DNA from: Vicinamibacterales bacterium
GTDB lineage: Bacteria > Acidobacteriota > Vicinamibacteria > Vicinamibacterales > CAVVIG01
Length of the DNA stretch: 64,000 nt
Reading direction: 5' to 3'
NCBI GenBank assembly: GCA_035534615.1
Contig: DATLRO010000004.1
Coordinates: 10,646-74,645, forward strand
Both the position numbers and the translations under genes were made by a program. The notes beneath the pieces are model-generated. The model was not told where the DNA came from, made no database searches, and saw only the letters and a program-made list of their open reading frames with translations. The stretch's first letter is position 1. Each line of letters starts with the position of its first letter. Of this stretch, positions 35,774-45,623 are shown one piece after another.

Positions 35774-37327
35774 GTGTGGCCGGCAGACGGACCCGCACCC
35801 CCCGCAGGCGGAACAGGAGGCTGGACGCTGGTGAGTGGGCGTGAGTGGCGTGAAGCGAGCGATCTGCGCCAGCGGCTTCTCGGCGTCGCCCTCGTGCTCG
35901 CCGTGGCGGCCGGGCTGCGGTTCTGGCACCTTGCCAGCGGCCTGCCGGGCGCCGTGTGGGCCGGCGAGCAGGACCTGATCGCCCGCGTCCTCCATGCGAT
36001 GCGGACCGGCGACCTCAACCCGCACACCTTCGGCTCGCCGGCGCTGTACTTCGAGGTGCAGCTGCTGGTGGCGTCCGCGCGGTTCCTGACCGGCGCCGCC
36101 CACGGCTTCTGGCACGTGCTCGACCAGTTCCGCCCGGCCGAGGCCTATCTCTGGGGACGGACGGCCTCCGCCCTGATCGGGACGGCCACCGTGCTGCTGG
36201 TCTTCGAAGCGGGCGCGCAGTGGGGCGGCCGCCACGCGCTGCTCGCCGCCGGCCTGCTGGCGGTGCTCCCGGCGCACATCCAGGCGTCGCAACTCATCGG
36301 CCCGGGTGTGCTGCTGACCTTCTTCACCACTGTCGCCCTGCTCCTCTCGCTGCGGGCCCTGGAGCGCGGCTCGCTCCGGACGTTCACGCTCGCCGGCGTC
36401 GCGGCCGGCCTCGCCGCCGCGACCAGCTATCGCGGCAGCCTCGTCCTGCTGCTGCCGCTCGTGGCCGTCTGGATGAGCAGCGGCACCAGCGCACCGCGCC
36501 GCTCCGGCGCGCTGGCGACGATCGGGGCGTTCGCCCTCGCGTTTCTGCTGGCCGCCCCGTACACCGTGCTCGACCTGCCGGCGTTCCTGAACGCCGCCGG
36601 CGCGGCGCTCGCCGGCGGCAGCACCCCGCCGCCGCTCGCACTGGCCGGCGCGCTCGTCGCCAACCTGGCGTGGCCCGCCTTCGTGCTGGCGATCGCCGGC
36701 TTCATTCTGGCGATCGTGCGGTCGGTAACCGGACCCGCCCACGCCCGCTGGGTGCTCCTCGTCGGGTTTCCCCTCGTCTACCTCGGGTCGATGTCGATCG
36801 GGGCGAGCGGCAGCGCGGACGTCCTGCTCCTGCCGGTGCTGCCGTTCGTGACCATCCTCGCCGCCATCGCGGTGATCTCGGGGGTGAGCCTGCTCCGCCG
36901 GTTCAGCATTCCGCGGGCGCCACGGCAGCTGCTGATCGCCGGGCTGACGATCGCCGCCATCCTGCCGCCGCTGGTCTCCTCGGTGAATGCCGACCGCGCC
37001 CGCGGCCGGCCGTGGACGTCGGCGCTCGCCTACGGCTGGATCCGCGCGCACGTCCCGGCCGGCGCGTGCGTCGCCGTCGGCAACGAGGCGCTCGCGCTGT
37101 CCGGCACCCGCTATCGCCCCGTGGCGGTCGATCTCGCGCCGGGCCGCCCCCTCGACCCCCGCGTCGCGGGCGCCGCACAGTACCTCGTCGCCACACCGGA
37201 CGCCGGCCGGCCGGCCGGTCCCGCCGTCACGACGGTCTACCGCGTCGATCCGGACGCCGGACGTCCGGGCCCGTCCCTCGTCATCTATCGGCTGGCCTGG
37301 CCGGAGTCCGCCGGGCCGGGGCACTGA
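35774..37327 (+). CDS. GT-C fold membrane glycosyltransferase-like protein (family 39 / PMT_2-like)
   Basis: 517 aa with a GTG start (an alternative GTG lies at 35831). LRFWHLASGLP...GEQDLIARVLHAMRTGDLNPHTFGSPALYFEV, then more than 9 TM segments and a soluble C-terminus. The family call is tentative. Confidence 0.6.
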   Translation: MWPADGPAPPAGGTGGWTLVSGREWREASDLRQRLLGVALVLAVAAGLRFWHLASGLPGAVWAGEQDLIARVLHAMRTGDLNPHTFGSPALYFEVQLLVASARFLTGAAHGFWHVLDQFRPAEAYLWGRTASALIGTATVLLVFEAGAQWGGRHALLAAGLLAVLPAHIQASQLIGPGVLLTFFTTVALLLSLRALERGSLRTFTLAGVAAGLAAATSYRGSLVLLLPLVAVWMSSGTSAPRRSGALATIGAFALAFLLAAPYTVLDLPAFLNAAGAALAGGSTPPPLALAGALVANLAWPAFVLAIAGFILAIVRSVTGPAHARWVLLVGFPLVYLGSMSIGASGSADVLLLPVLPFVTILAAIAVISGVSLLRRFSIPRAPRQLLIAGLTIAAILPPLVSSVNADRARGRPWTSALAYGWIRAHVPAGACVAVGNEALALSGTRYRPVAVDLAPGRPLDPRVAGAAQYLVATPDAGRPAGPAVTTVYRVDPDAGRPGPSLVIYRLAWPESAGPGH

Positions 37328-38000
37328 CGCCCGACGCCCCCTGCGTGCCGGGCGCGGTGCCGGGCAGGTACAGGATGGTGACGTCGGCCCGCTGCCGCAG
37401 GCCGCCCAGCCACTCGGCAATCAGCGACGCCTGCCGCTCCGCGGTGAGGCGGGCGGCAATCGTGTCACGCACGCGGGCGAGCGGCTGCAGGACCCCTTCC
37501 CGCGTGAAGGCCGCCTGGTGGGTCCGGTAGTAGGCGGCGATCGCCTCGTCTGACGGCGGGGGCGGCAGCGGAAACCGCTGGTCGAGATACGCCTTGATGC
37601 GCAGGTTGTCGCGGATGACGGCGCGCAGGTGCGCCTCGTCGACCCCGGCGACCGTGAGTGCGCGCCGGTACGCCTCCGCGGTCGGGAACCGGCGGCGGAT
37701 CGCCTCGAGCCGCGTCTCGATGGCCCCGGGGGCCGGTTCGGGCGGCGCGTAGTGCTCGACTTCGTCCAGGATCAGGTCCCGGTTGATCAGCTGCTGCAGC
37801 ACGGCGGCCGTCGCCGTCACGCCGTGCGGCAGGTCGACGAGGCCGAACGTCCGGGCCGCCCGGACGTCAGACAGCGTGATCACCTCGCCCGAGACGACCG
37901 CGAGCACGCGGTCGATCAGCTCGTCGGCGTGCCCCGGCCGGGGCACGCCGGCGGCCAGCACGGCCAGCAGCGCCACCCACGCGACTCTCCGCATCCGCAC
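37281..38000 (-). CDS. SurA N-terminal-domain-like periplasmic chaperone (no PPIase domain)
   Basis: 239 aa. Signal peptide MRMRRVAWVALLAVLAAG, then IDRVLAVVSGEVITLSDV typical of the SurA N-terminal region. The 3' end overlaps the convergent GT-C gene by 47 nt. Confidence 0.65.
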   Translation of the reverse strand: MRMRRVAWVALLAVLAAGVPRPGHADELIDRVLAVVSGEVITLSDVRAARTFGLVDLPHGVTATAAVLQQLINRDLILDEVEHYAPPEPAPGAIETRLEAIRRRFPTAEAYRRALTVAGVDEAHLRAVIRDNLRIKAYLDQRFPLPPPPSDEAIAAYYRTHQAAFTREGVLQPLARVRDTIAARLTAERQASLIAEWLGGLRQRADVTILYLPGTAPGTQGASGVSAPARRTPARPADR

Positions 38001-38048
38001 CGCTCCGGCTCCTCCCTCGTCACGTCCGCGCGCGGCGACCCCGCGCGA

Positions 38049-41015
38049 TCAGAACGCCTGGCCCAGACTGATGTTGAGCGCCGTGAGCGGCTCGAGCCGC
38101 CCCGGCGTGAGATCGACCCGCGACAGCTTGAACCCCAGGTCGATCCGGATCGGCCCGATCGGCGATTCGTAGCGGAGGCCGAACCCGACCGCCGCCCGGA
38201 TCTGGGCCGGATTCAGGTCGCCGACGTGCGCCCACACGTTGCCGGCATCGACGAACCCGACGACGCCGATGGCGCGCCAGACGGGGATGCGCAGCTCGGC
38301 GTTCAGGATGATGAGCGCGTCGCCGCCCTGCGGAAACCCGTTGGCGTCGATCGTGGCCGGCGTGCCGAGCTGATCCAGCGCGAAGCCGCGGACGGTCGTG
38401 TCACCGCCCGCGAAGAACCGCTCGCTCGCCGGCAGGTCGCGGACCTGGACGTCGATGGGCTGGCCGTTCGGGCCGATCACCGGGTTGCCCTGGCTGTCGG
38501 TCTCCGGCACGTTGCGCGGGAAGCCGGTGGCGAGTCCGAGCCGGGCATCGGCCGCGAACACCGTGCGCCCCCAGCCCGGCACGGTCCGGTACATCGATCC
38601 CTGCAGGTAGGCCTTGGCGAACCCGACCTCGGACCCGATGGCGCGCCCGGCGATCTGTCCGTTGATCACCATGAGACCGCCCCGCGTCGGATTGATGGCG
38701 TCGTCACGCGTGTCCCGGACCAGCGAGGAAGAGAACGACGACAGGAGGACCTGCGGGAACAGCCGGTCGATCAGCAGCTGGTCTGCCGGGGAGACCTGCT
38801 CGTCGAACAGCCGGTTGCGGTCCACCGCATAGTTGCCCGTGATGCTGAGCGTCCGGGTCAGGCGCCGGGCGACCTGCGCGCTGACGCCCCGGTGCGCGAA
38901 GTTGAAGCTCGCGCGCACCCCCTGCTCCATGACTCCCGACACGACCGCGTCGGCCGCGCTGCCGAACAGGCGCGGCTCCCGGTAGCTGGCGATGACGCGA
39001 TAGTCGCTGAAGCCGTAGCCGCCGCTGTCGGACGAGGTGGCCCCGGCGATGAACGGCGCGGTGTTCGGCCGCAGGCTGACGCGCGAGAACAGGCTGATCG
39101 ACCGGTTCTTCCCGAACAGGTTGCGCCGGGTGATCTCGAACAGGGCGCGCGGGGCGAACTCGAGCCGGTCGACCGCGAACCCGGTCTGGCCGCTGGCCTG
39201 CGGGCGGAGCCCGACCTCGACGCCGCCGCCGTAGCCGATCGTGGTCGTGGGCGCTTCCTCGACCGACACGAGCACGTCACGGTGGACGTCGGATCCGTGC
39301 CGCAGCTCCTCGATCCGCACGCGGCGGAACAGGCCGAGCGCCACGAGCCGCCGCTGGCTCTCGCCGATCGCCTCGAGGTTCAGCGGCTGGCCCGGCTCGA
39401 TGAGCAGCTCCCGTTCGATCAGCTTCGTGCTCGTCCGCGTGTTGCCGACGATCAGGACGTGGTCGACGAAGATCTGCGGCCCCTCCTGGATCACGTACCG
39501 GACCGCGACGCGCGATCGGTCGGCGTTGAAGCCCAGCTGCGGCGTGACCGTCGCCGACTCGTAGCCGCGGTCGTTGAACGCCTCCTGGATCCTGTCGGCG
39601 TCGCGCCCGATGTTCGGGCCGTAGAACGGCCGCCCGGGCACCGCGAGCAGGCGCCCCCGCAGCGTCGCCTCCGGAATCGCGTCGTTCCCCAGAATCGCCA
39701 CGTCGTCGATGAGCGTGCGGACGCCCGGGTGGACGACGATCCGGACGGCGACCGGCACCGGACCGCCCGCCGGGTCGCCCGATCCGGCGGCGCGCGGGAT
39801 CACCGTCCGCTCGGCCTTCGCGTCGCTGTACCCGAGCTGGCGGTACCGCAGCTCGAGGGCGGCAGCCATCGCGTCGAGCCGCTCCTGCACGAACGGCGTC
39901 CCCTCGCGCAGGCGGACGTCTGCCGGCAGGCTCGACAGGGGCACGCCGGTGTTGCCCGTGACCTGGACCGCGGCGATGCGGTAGAGCGGGCCGTGGTGGA
40001 CCTGGAAGACGATCGTCATCTCGTCTCCCTGCACGCGGCGGCTGAACGACGCGGCCGCGTCCCGGTAGCCCTGCGCGCGGAAGTAGTCCTGGATGCGGCG
40101 GCTCGAATCTTCGAGCAGATCCTCGTCCACCGATCCGTCCTGCCGGATCGGCACGAGGCGGTCGCGCTCCTTCAGCGGCAGCGGGTCCCCTTCGAAGACG
40201 GTCGTGACGTGCGGGCCCGGATTCACGGTGATCGTCAGCGCCACCGTCTCCCGGTGCTCGCCCACGGTGGTCGACGGCACCAGCCTCGCCTCGTAGTAGC
40301 CGGCCGTCCGCAGCTGCTCCGTGTACCGGGCGATCCGCTGCCGGAGCTCCGTCGCGTCGTAGGCCTCGCCGGGGCGGACCCCCAGCCGCTCGATGACGAG
40401 CGGCGCCGGATCGGACGGCTTCCCCGCGATCCGGATCGATCGGATGCGCGCCCGGATGCCGGCCTGGATCTCGAAGGCGAGCGTCACCAGCTCGGGATTC
40501 CCGGTGGCAATCCGGCGCGGCGTCACGTCGGCCCGCAGGTAGCCGTGCTCCCGGTAGAGGCCGAGCAGCATCCGCGCCACCTCGGCCGCGCGCCCGAGCG
40601 GCGGCAGCAGGCCGTAGCGGTCGGTGACGGCCGTCCGGAGCGTCCGCTGCGACAGCCCGAGATCGCCGTCGAACCGGAGGCGGCCGACCCGCTGCAGCGG
40701 GATCAGCTGGTAGACCAGCGCCACGCCCGCGCCGACGTGCGCGGCGTGCACGCGAACGTCCTGGAACTGGCCGAGGCTCATCAGGTGCGTGACCGTCTCG
40801 CGGACGTCCGCCATCCCGAGCGGCGCGCCGACCGGGGTCATGATCAGGTCCCGCAACCGGCTGTCCCGATCGGTGCGGCCCTCGAAGGTCAGCCGGACCG
40901 ACACGACGGGCCGCCCGAGGTAGTCCGCCACGTCCGCGAACACCGGAGCGACCGCCATCAGCACCAGGACCATCGCCGCCGGAAGAAGCCGGATGCGGCG
41001 GAACCGGACGGTCAT
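38049..41015 (-). CDS. bamA: Omp85-family outer membrane protein assembly factor (BamA/TamA-like, multiple POTRA domains plus beta-barrel)
   Basis: Track ORF 38049-41081. Start at ATG (complement of 41013-41015, MTVRFRRIRLLPAAMVLVLMAVAPVFA), overlapping the tamB stop by 1 nt. POTRA-like repeats, a barrel region (FFAGGDTTVRGF), and a terminal F (LNISLGQAF). Confidence 0.85.
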   Translation of the reverse strand: MTVRFRRIRLLPAAMVLVLMAVAPVFADVADYLGRPVVSVRLTFEGRTDRDSRLRDLIMTPVGAPLGMADVRETVTHLMSLGQFQDVRVHAAHVGAGVALVYQLIPLQRVGRLRFDGDLGLSQRTLRTAVTDRYGLLPPLGRAAEVARMLLGLYREHGYLRADVTPRRIATGNPELVTLAFEIQAGIRARIRSIRIAGKPSDPAPLVIERLGVRPGEAYDATELRQRIARYTEQLRTAGYYEARLVPSTTVGEHRETVALTITVNPGPHVTTVFEGDPLPLKERDRLVPIRQDGSVDEDLLEDSSRRIQDYFRAQGYRDAAASFSRRVQGDEMTIVFQVHHGPLYRIAAVQVTGNTGVPLSSLPADVRLREGTPFVQERLDAMAAALELRYRQLGYSDAKAERTVIPRAAGSGDPAGGPVPVAVRIVVHPGVRTLIDDVAILGNDAIPEATLRGRLLAVPGRPFYGPNIGRDADRIQEAFNDRGYESATVTPQLGFNADRSRVAVRYVIQEGPQIFVDHVLIVGNTRTSTKLIERELLIEPGQPLNLEAIGESQRRLVALGLFRRVRIEELRHGSDVHRDVLVSVEEAPTTTIGYGGGVEVGLRPQASGQTGFAVDRLEFAPRALFEITRRNLFGKNRSISLFSRVSLRPNTAPFIAGATSSDSGGYGFSDYRVIASYREPRLFGSAADAVVSGVMEQGVRASFNFAHRGVSAQVARRLTRTLSITGNYAVDRNRLFDEQVSPADQLLIDRLFPQVLLSSFSSSLVRDTRDDAINPTRGGLMVINGQIAGRAIGSEVGFAKAYLQGSMYRTVPGWGRTVFAADARLGLATGFPRNVPETDSQGNPVIGPNGQPIDVQVRDLPASERFFAGGDTTVRGFALDQLGTPATIDANGFPQGGDALIILNAELRIPVWRAIGVVGFVDAGNVWAHVGDLNPAQIRAAVGFGLRYESPIGPIRIDLGFKLSRVDLTPGRLEPLTALNISLGQAF

Positions 41016-44000
41016 CAGAAGGTGTGCCTCACGCGGAGCTCGAGCGCGTAGGTGTGGTCCTCGTTCTGGGACAGGATCCACGACAGCCGGGCGCCCTGGT
41101 CGTACTCCAGCAGGATGATCTGATCGTTGATCGCGGTGCTCAGGCTGCGCGAGTAGGTCACGTAGACCCGGTTCGACAGCCGCTTGCCGATGGTCAGGCG
41201 CGCGGTCGGGTTCAGGCGGGAGCTGGTCTGGTACGGATCGAACAGCGAGGGGGTCAGCTGGAACGTGTCGATCCCGAACGTCTGCTCGACGACCCGGCCG
41301 ACCTCGGAGGCCACCGGGCTCGTCAGCAGCTGGGTCGCGCGCGAGGCCAGCAGGTCCTGCTGCACCTGGTTGGGCCGCAGGAGCGCCTGCAGCTCCGCGT
41401 CCTGGCTCGGGATCTCGTTGCCGAGCAGCAGCGCGAGGACGTCGGCCGTCGGCAGCGGCGGATCCGACGTCAGCTCCGGCTGGAGCCGTTCGGTCGTGCC
41501 GGTCGCCTGCACGGTCACCTGGTAGGTCTGGCCGGGCACGCGCACCCGCGTCTCGGCCGCCACGTCGAAGAACGGCTCGATGCGGGTGGGGTTCGTGAAC
41601 TCGATCGTCCCGCGCGTGATCAGATAGTTCTTGCCCTCGAAGAAGATCTGCCCGCGGTCGACCTCCGCCTGTCCGAACAGCACGGGCCGCTCGTACGTGC
41701 CGCGCAGCGTGAGGTCGGCGCTCGCGACCATCCGGACGAGGTTGTTCTCGACGCGCAGCGTGGACGGGGCCTCGATCCGGAGGTCCAGGTGGAGGGGCGG
41801 AATCGCCGGCCCCGGCGCGGCCGGCAGCGACGGGGTCGACCGGCCGCTCGCGAGGTCGAACAGGCTGGTGCCGGAATACCGGAACCGGCGCGTGAAGATC
41901 GCGCTCCGCACCGTCACCGTGCCGCCCAGCGTCGGCTCCTGCACCCGGCCGCGCAGCGACAGCGTGGCGTCGACGACCGACTGGAACCCGTCCGGGTAGC
42001 GCAGGTGCATGTTCACGCCGCGGGCGGTCACGTTCAGCTCGCCCGGCGCGTAGCCGCTCAGGCCGATTTGGCCGCCGAACTGGACGGCGCCGCCGCCCAT
42101 CTTGGCCGTCAGCCCGTCGAGCACGATGCCCCGCTCGTCGAACAGGACCGTGCCGTTGATCGCCTCCAGGGAGTTCGGCAGCGCGAAGTCCCGGACGCGG
42201 CCGTTGCTGATGACCGCGCGGCCGCGCAGCGTCGGCGCGCTCAGGGCCCCCTGCAGCTCGGCCGACAGCTGGGCGCGCCCCGAGCCCCGGACGTTCCGGA
42301 AGAAGCCCTGCAGAATACCGAGGTTGGCGCCGCCGTCGGCGCGCAGATCGATCTGGCGGGTGCGCAGCCCGAGCGTCCCCGCGAGGTCGAGGCGCGTGTC
42401 CTCGCCCACCAGCTGCAGCTGCTCGACCTTCACCGTGTCCCGGTCGAGCGCGATCCGGATCGGCCCCTGGTTCCGCAGCTGGTAGTCGAACAGCCGCAGG
42501 TCGAGCTGCTCCACCGTCGTGTCGACGTGAAGACGGTCGAGGTCGCCCAGATCGCCGGTGACCCGCACCGTGCCGCTGGCGACGGCCGTGGTGAACGGCG
42601 ACAGGCGCGGCTCGAAGAGGCGCACGTACGGATCGAGCGACGTGTCGGTGAAGCGGAACTGCAGGTCTCCGGCGTCACCCGGCGTCAGCGACACCCGGCC
42701 GGTGCCCGACACCGCGAGACGCGGCGAGGCCGCCTCCACCTGCATCGTCAGGACCGTGCCGCGCAGGCCGAGCGTGCCGGTGACCTGGCCGATGCCTTCG
42801 TCGGCGACGAACAGGTCGTCGATGCGGCCCTTGACGTCGTAGCGCGGGTCGGCGAACGCGCCGCTGCCGGTGGCCGAAAAGACGAGCGTGCCCGACAGCG
42901 GCATGCCGGGAAACGACACCGCCGCGACGTGCTCCATCGAAATCCGCCGCCCGTCGGCGCTGAACGAATAGGTGCCGTGCCAGCCGACGTACGCCGCGCC
43001 GGTGATCGTGCCGCCTCCCTTGGCGATCTCGATGGCGTCCAGCCGGACCCCCGCCCCCTCGAAGCGCAGCGCGGCCGTGGCCCGCTCGAACGGCTCACGA
43101 TACGCCGTCCCGTGCGTGATCGTCATCTTCCCGAAGCCGAACGGCGCCACGTACCGACCGTACAGATGGAACTCCCCCGACAGCAGGCCGTCGACCGGGT
43201 AATCGTCGATGCCGAACGCGTGGCGCAGGCCGTCGACGGGACGGTCCGCCACCGTGAAGCGGGCGTTGATCTCCTCGCCGTGATCGGCGCGGGGATAGCC
43301 GAGCGAGAAGCGGCCGTCCGCCTTGATCTCCGAGTCGCCGAGCCGGACCACGCCACCCGTCACCGTCACGTAGTCGTCCTCGATCACGAGCGACGCGTGC
43401 CCGCTGCCCCACAACTCGTCCCAGGCCAGCAGATCCCGGCCGGTGAACGTCCCCTCCACGCGCGGATTCCGGAACGCGTGGAGCATCACCCCGTCGAACG
43501 TGCCCCGGCCGCCGAACGCCACCGGGCGCCGCGGCGCCCCGACGTCCGTCATGATGCCGGCGAGCACCTCGTCGCTCTCCTGCCAGTCGCTGCTGATCAC
43601 GTGGAACGGAATCCGCGAGTGCTCGCCGTACGCCGTCACCCCTTCGAACGTGACGGCGGTCGCCGGCGTGGCGAACCGGCTGGCCGCGATGTCGATCCAC
43701 TCGGGCCCGAACGAGTAGGTGAAGCTCGCGCTCACCGGCAGGTGCGCCGGCAGCGGCTGCAGCGCGTAGGGCCCCGGCTCCGGGCCGCGCCGATCCTGGG
43801 CGACGGCCCGCGCCGCCGCCAGCGCCGGCGTCAGCGTCGCGACCCCGGCCGGGGGCTGGACGGTCAGCCACCCGCCCCCCTGATGGGCGCCGAAGCGGCC
43901 GAGCGGCCACTGCAGCTCGTTGTGGCCGCTGGCCCGGCCGGCGAACCGCAGCCCGCGCAACCGCATCGCGTCGGTGAACGCCGCCAGATCGACGTCGGCG

Positions 44001-45070
44001 TACGACGCGTCGAACTGCGCCACGATCGGCGTCGGCTCGCCGATCGGCGCCAGCGAGTAGCCGAACCGGGCCTCGCCGCCGTAGAACCGCGACACCGCGT
44101 CGGTCACCTGGAAGCGGTGCGGCTCCCACTGCAGTCCGCCCCGGACCTGCTCGAACTGGAAGCCGTTGACCGTCGCGTCCGCGCTCGTGAACCGCCCGCC
44201 CAGGCGGTACCCGCCATGGTAGAGGTGAAAGGTCCCGGTGAACTCGCCCTGGCCGCCGACCGTGAAGTGATCGTGCGCGAAGAAGATCTGGTGCATCCGC
44301 GGGAAGTCGACCCGCGACCGCACCTGATAGAGCTGATCGGGCCAGTGCGCGAAATCGACGTCGCCGGTGGCGATCGACTCGGCGCCGTCGGTCCGCAGGT
44401 CCATCCGCTCGACGTGCACGTGCGGGCCCTTCAGCGTGAAGGTGCAGTGCATGTTCGCCCACATCGGCGCGTAGTCCTTGATCCGCACGGTCCCGCCGCT
44501 GAACGCGGCCCGGCCGCGGTACCCGCCCGCGTCGCGGATCGTCAGATCCAGGTGGGGCGCGACGACGCTCCACGGCGTCTCGTGATCCTCGTAGATGAAC
44601 TCACCGTCCGACGCGTGGAGATACTTGACGGTCGTGACGAACCGCCTGGGGCCGGAGGACGTGGAGACGAGCCGGGGGAAGCTCTGCGTGTCGGCCCACT
44701 TCTCCACCCGCATCGTCCAGCCGCGCATCTCGACATCGTCGATCGTGACCTCGCGGCGCAGCAGGGTCGACCAGTCGATCGAGACCTCGAGACGGTTGGC
44801 GGTGAAGAACGGACGGTCGCCGGGGTGCAGGCCGGCAATGACCAGGTGATCGATTACGAAGCGGCCGCGCGCGAGCCGGATTGAGAGCCGGCCAATGTGA
44901 ATCGGGCGGTCGATCCGCCTGGAGCCCTCACGCTCGGCCAGGCGGCGGAGCGACGGCCCGAGGTCGATCGTCACGCTGCTGACCACGCCCGCGGCGAGCA
45001 TCGCCACGAAGATCGTCAGGGCGAGACCGACGTAGCGCAGGATCTTCCGTGCGCGCTCCTTGCTCAGCAC
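41015..45070 (-). CDS. tamB: TamB-like translocation and assembly module protein (AsmA-like/DUF490)
   Basis: 1351 aa with a GTG start. N-terminal anchor YVGLALTIFVAMLAAGVV, a long beta-rich body, and a DUF490-like C-terminus (LTIGKRLSNRVYVTYSRSL...ALELRVRHTF). Confidence 0.85.
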   Translation of the reverse strand: MLSKERARKILRYVGLALTIFVAMLAAGVVSSVTIDLGPSLRRLAEREGSRRIDRPIHIGRLSIRLARGRFVIDHLVIAGLHPGDRPFFTANRLEVSIDWSTLLRREVTIDDVEMRGWTMRVEKWADTQSFPRLVSTSSGPRRFVTTVKYLHASDGEFIYEDHETPWSVVAPHLDLTIRDAGGYRGRAAFSGGTVRIKDYAPMWANMHCTFTLKGPHVHVERMDLRTDGAESIATGDVDFAHWPDQLYQVRSRVDFPRMHQIFFAHDHFTVGGQGEFTGTFHLYHGGYRLGGRFTSADATVNGFQFEQVRGGLQWEPHRFQVTDAVSRFYGGEARFGYSLAPIGEPTPIVAQFDASYADVDLAAFTDAMRLRGLRFAGRASGHNELQWPLGRFGAHQGGGWLTVQPPAGVATLTPALAAARAVAQDRRGPEPGPYALQPLPAHLPVSASFTYSFGPEWIDIAASRFATPATAVTFEGVTAYGEHSRIPFHVISSDWQESDEVLAGIMTDVGAPRRPVAFGGRGTFDGVMLHAFRNPRVEGTFTGRDLLAWDELWGSGHASLVIEDDYVTVTGGVVRLGDSEIKADGRFSLGYPRADHGEEINARFTVADRPVDGLRHAFGIDDYPVDGLLSGEFHLYGRYVAPFGFGKMTITHGTAYREPFERATAALRFEGAGVRLDAIEIAKGGGTITGAAYVGWHGTYSFSADGRRISMEHVAAVSFPGMPLSGTLVFSATGSGAFADPRYDVKGRIDDLFVADEGIGQVTGTLGLRGTVLTMQVEAASPRLAVSGTGRVSLTPGDAGDLQFRFTDTSLDPYVRLFEPRLSPFTTAVASGTVRVTGDLGDLDRLHVDTTVEQLDLRLFDYQLRNQGPIRIALDRDTVKVEQLQLVGEDTRLDLAGTLGLRTRQIDLRADGGANLGILQGFFRNVRGSGRAQLSAELQGALSAPTLRGRAVISNGRVRDFALPNSLEAINGTVLFDERGIVLDGLTAKMGGGAVQFGGQIGLSGYAPGELNVTARGVNMHLRYPDGFQSVVDATLSLRGRVQEPTLGGTVTVRSAIFTRRFRYSGTSLFDLASGRSTPSLPAAPGPAIPPLHLDLRIEAPSTLRVENNLVRMVASADLTLRGTYERPVLFGQAEVDRGQIFFEGKNYLITRGTIEFTNPTRIEPFFDVAAETRVRVPGQTYQVTVQATGTTERLQPELTSDPPLPTADVLALLLGNEIPSQDAELQALLRPNQVQQDLLASRATQLLTSPVASEVGRVVEQTFGIDTFQLTPSLFDPYQTSSRLNPTARLTIGKRLSNRVYVTYSRSLSTAINDQIILLEYDQGARLSWILSQNEDHTYALELRVRHTF

Positions 45071-45091
45071 ACTCCACTCTCGAGCTCTGCG

Positions 45092-45616
45092 CTAATCCAC
45101 CACCGCCAGCAGGCTCCCGGCCTCGACCGACGTCCCCTCCGCCACCCGGATCTCCGCCACGACGCCCGCCTTGGGTGAGCGGATCTCGTTTTCCATCTTC
45201 ATCGCCTCGACGACGATCATCGGCTGCCTCGCCTTCACCGTGTCCCCCGGCCGGACCAGCAGGCGGACCACCTTGCCGGGCATCGGCGCCACCAGCCGCT
45301 GGGGCCCGCTCGGGCCGCGGCCGTCGGCTGCCGCGGCCGCCCGGCGTCCCCACGCCCCCCGCCGCGCGCTGACGGCCGCCGACAGGGTCGTGCCGTCGAT
45401 CGAGACACTCAGCCCGCCGCCCGGCGCCGCCCCGGCCACGCCGACCGTCCAGCTGGCGCCCCCCTCGTCCACGAACAGCAGCGACAGCGTCGTCGGATCG
45501 AGCCGGACGGCGTCCACCATCCGCGCCCGCCCGTCGACGGTCACCCTGTAGCCCGCGCCCGCCGGCTCGATCGAGACCGTCCGGACGCGCCCGTTGATGT
45601 CGACCTCGACGATCAT
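45092..45616 (-). CDS. biotin carboxyl carrier (biotinyl/lipoyl domain) subunit of an acyl-CoA carboxylase
   Basis: 174 aa. APMPGKVVRLLV...IVVEAMKMENEIRSPKAG (AMKM biotinylation motif). Confidence 0.85.
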   Translation of the reverse strand: MIVEVDINGRVRTVSIEPAGAGYRVTVDGRARMVDAVRLDPTTLSLLFVDEGGASWTVGVAGAAPGGGLSVSIDGTTLSAAVSARRGAWGRRAAAAADGRGPSGPQRLVAPMPGKVVRLLVRPGDTVKARQPMIVVEAMKMENEIRSPKAGVVAEIRVAEGTSVEAGSLLAVVD

Positions 45617-45623
45617 GGTCCGC

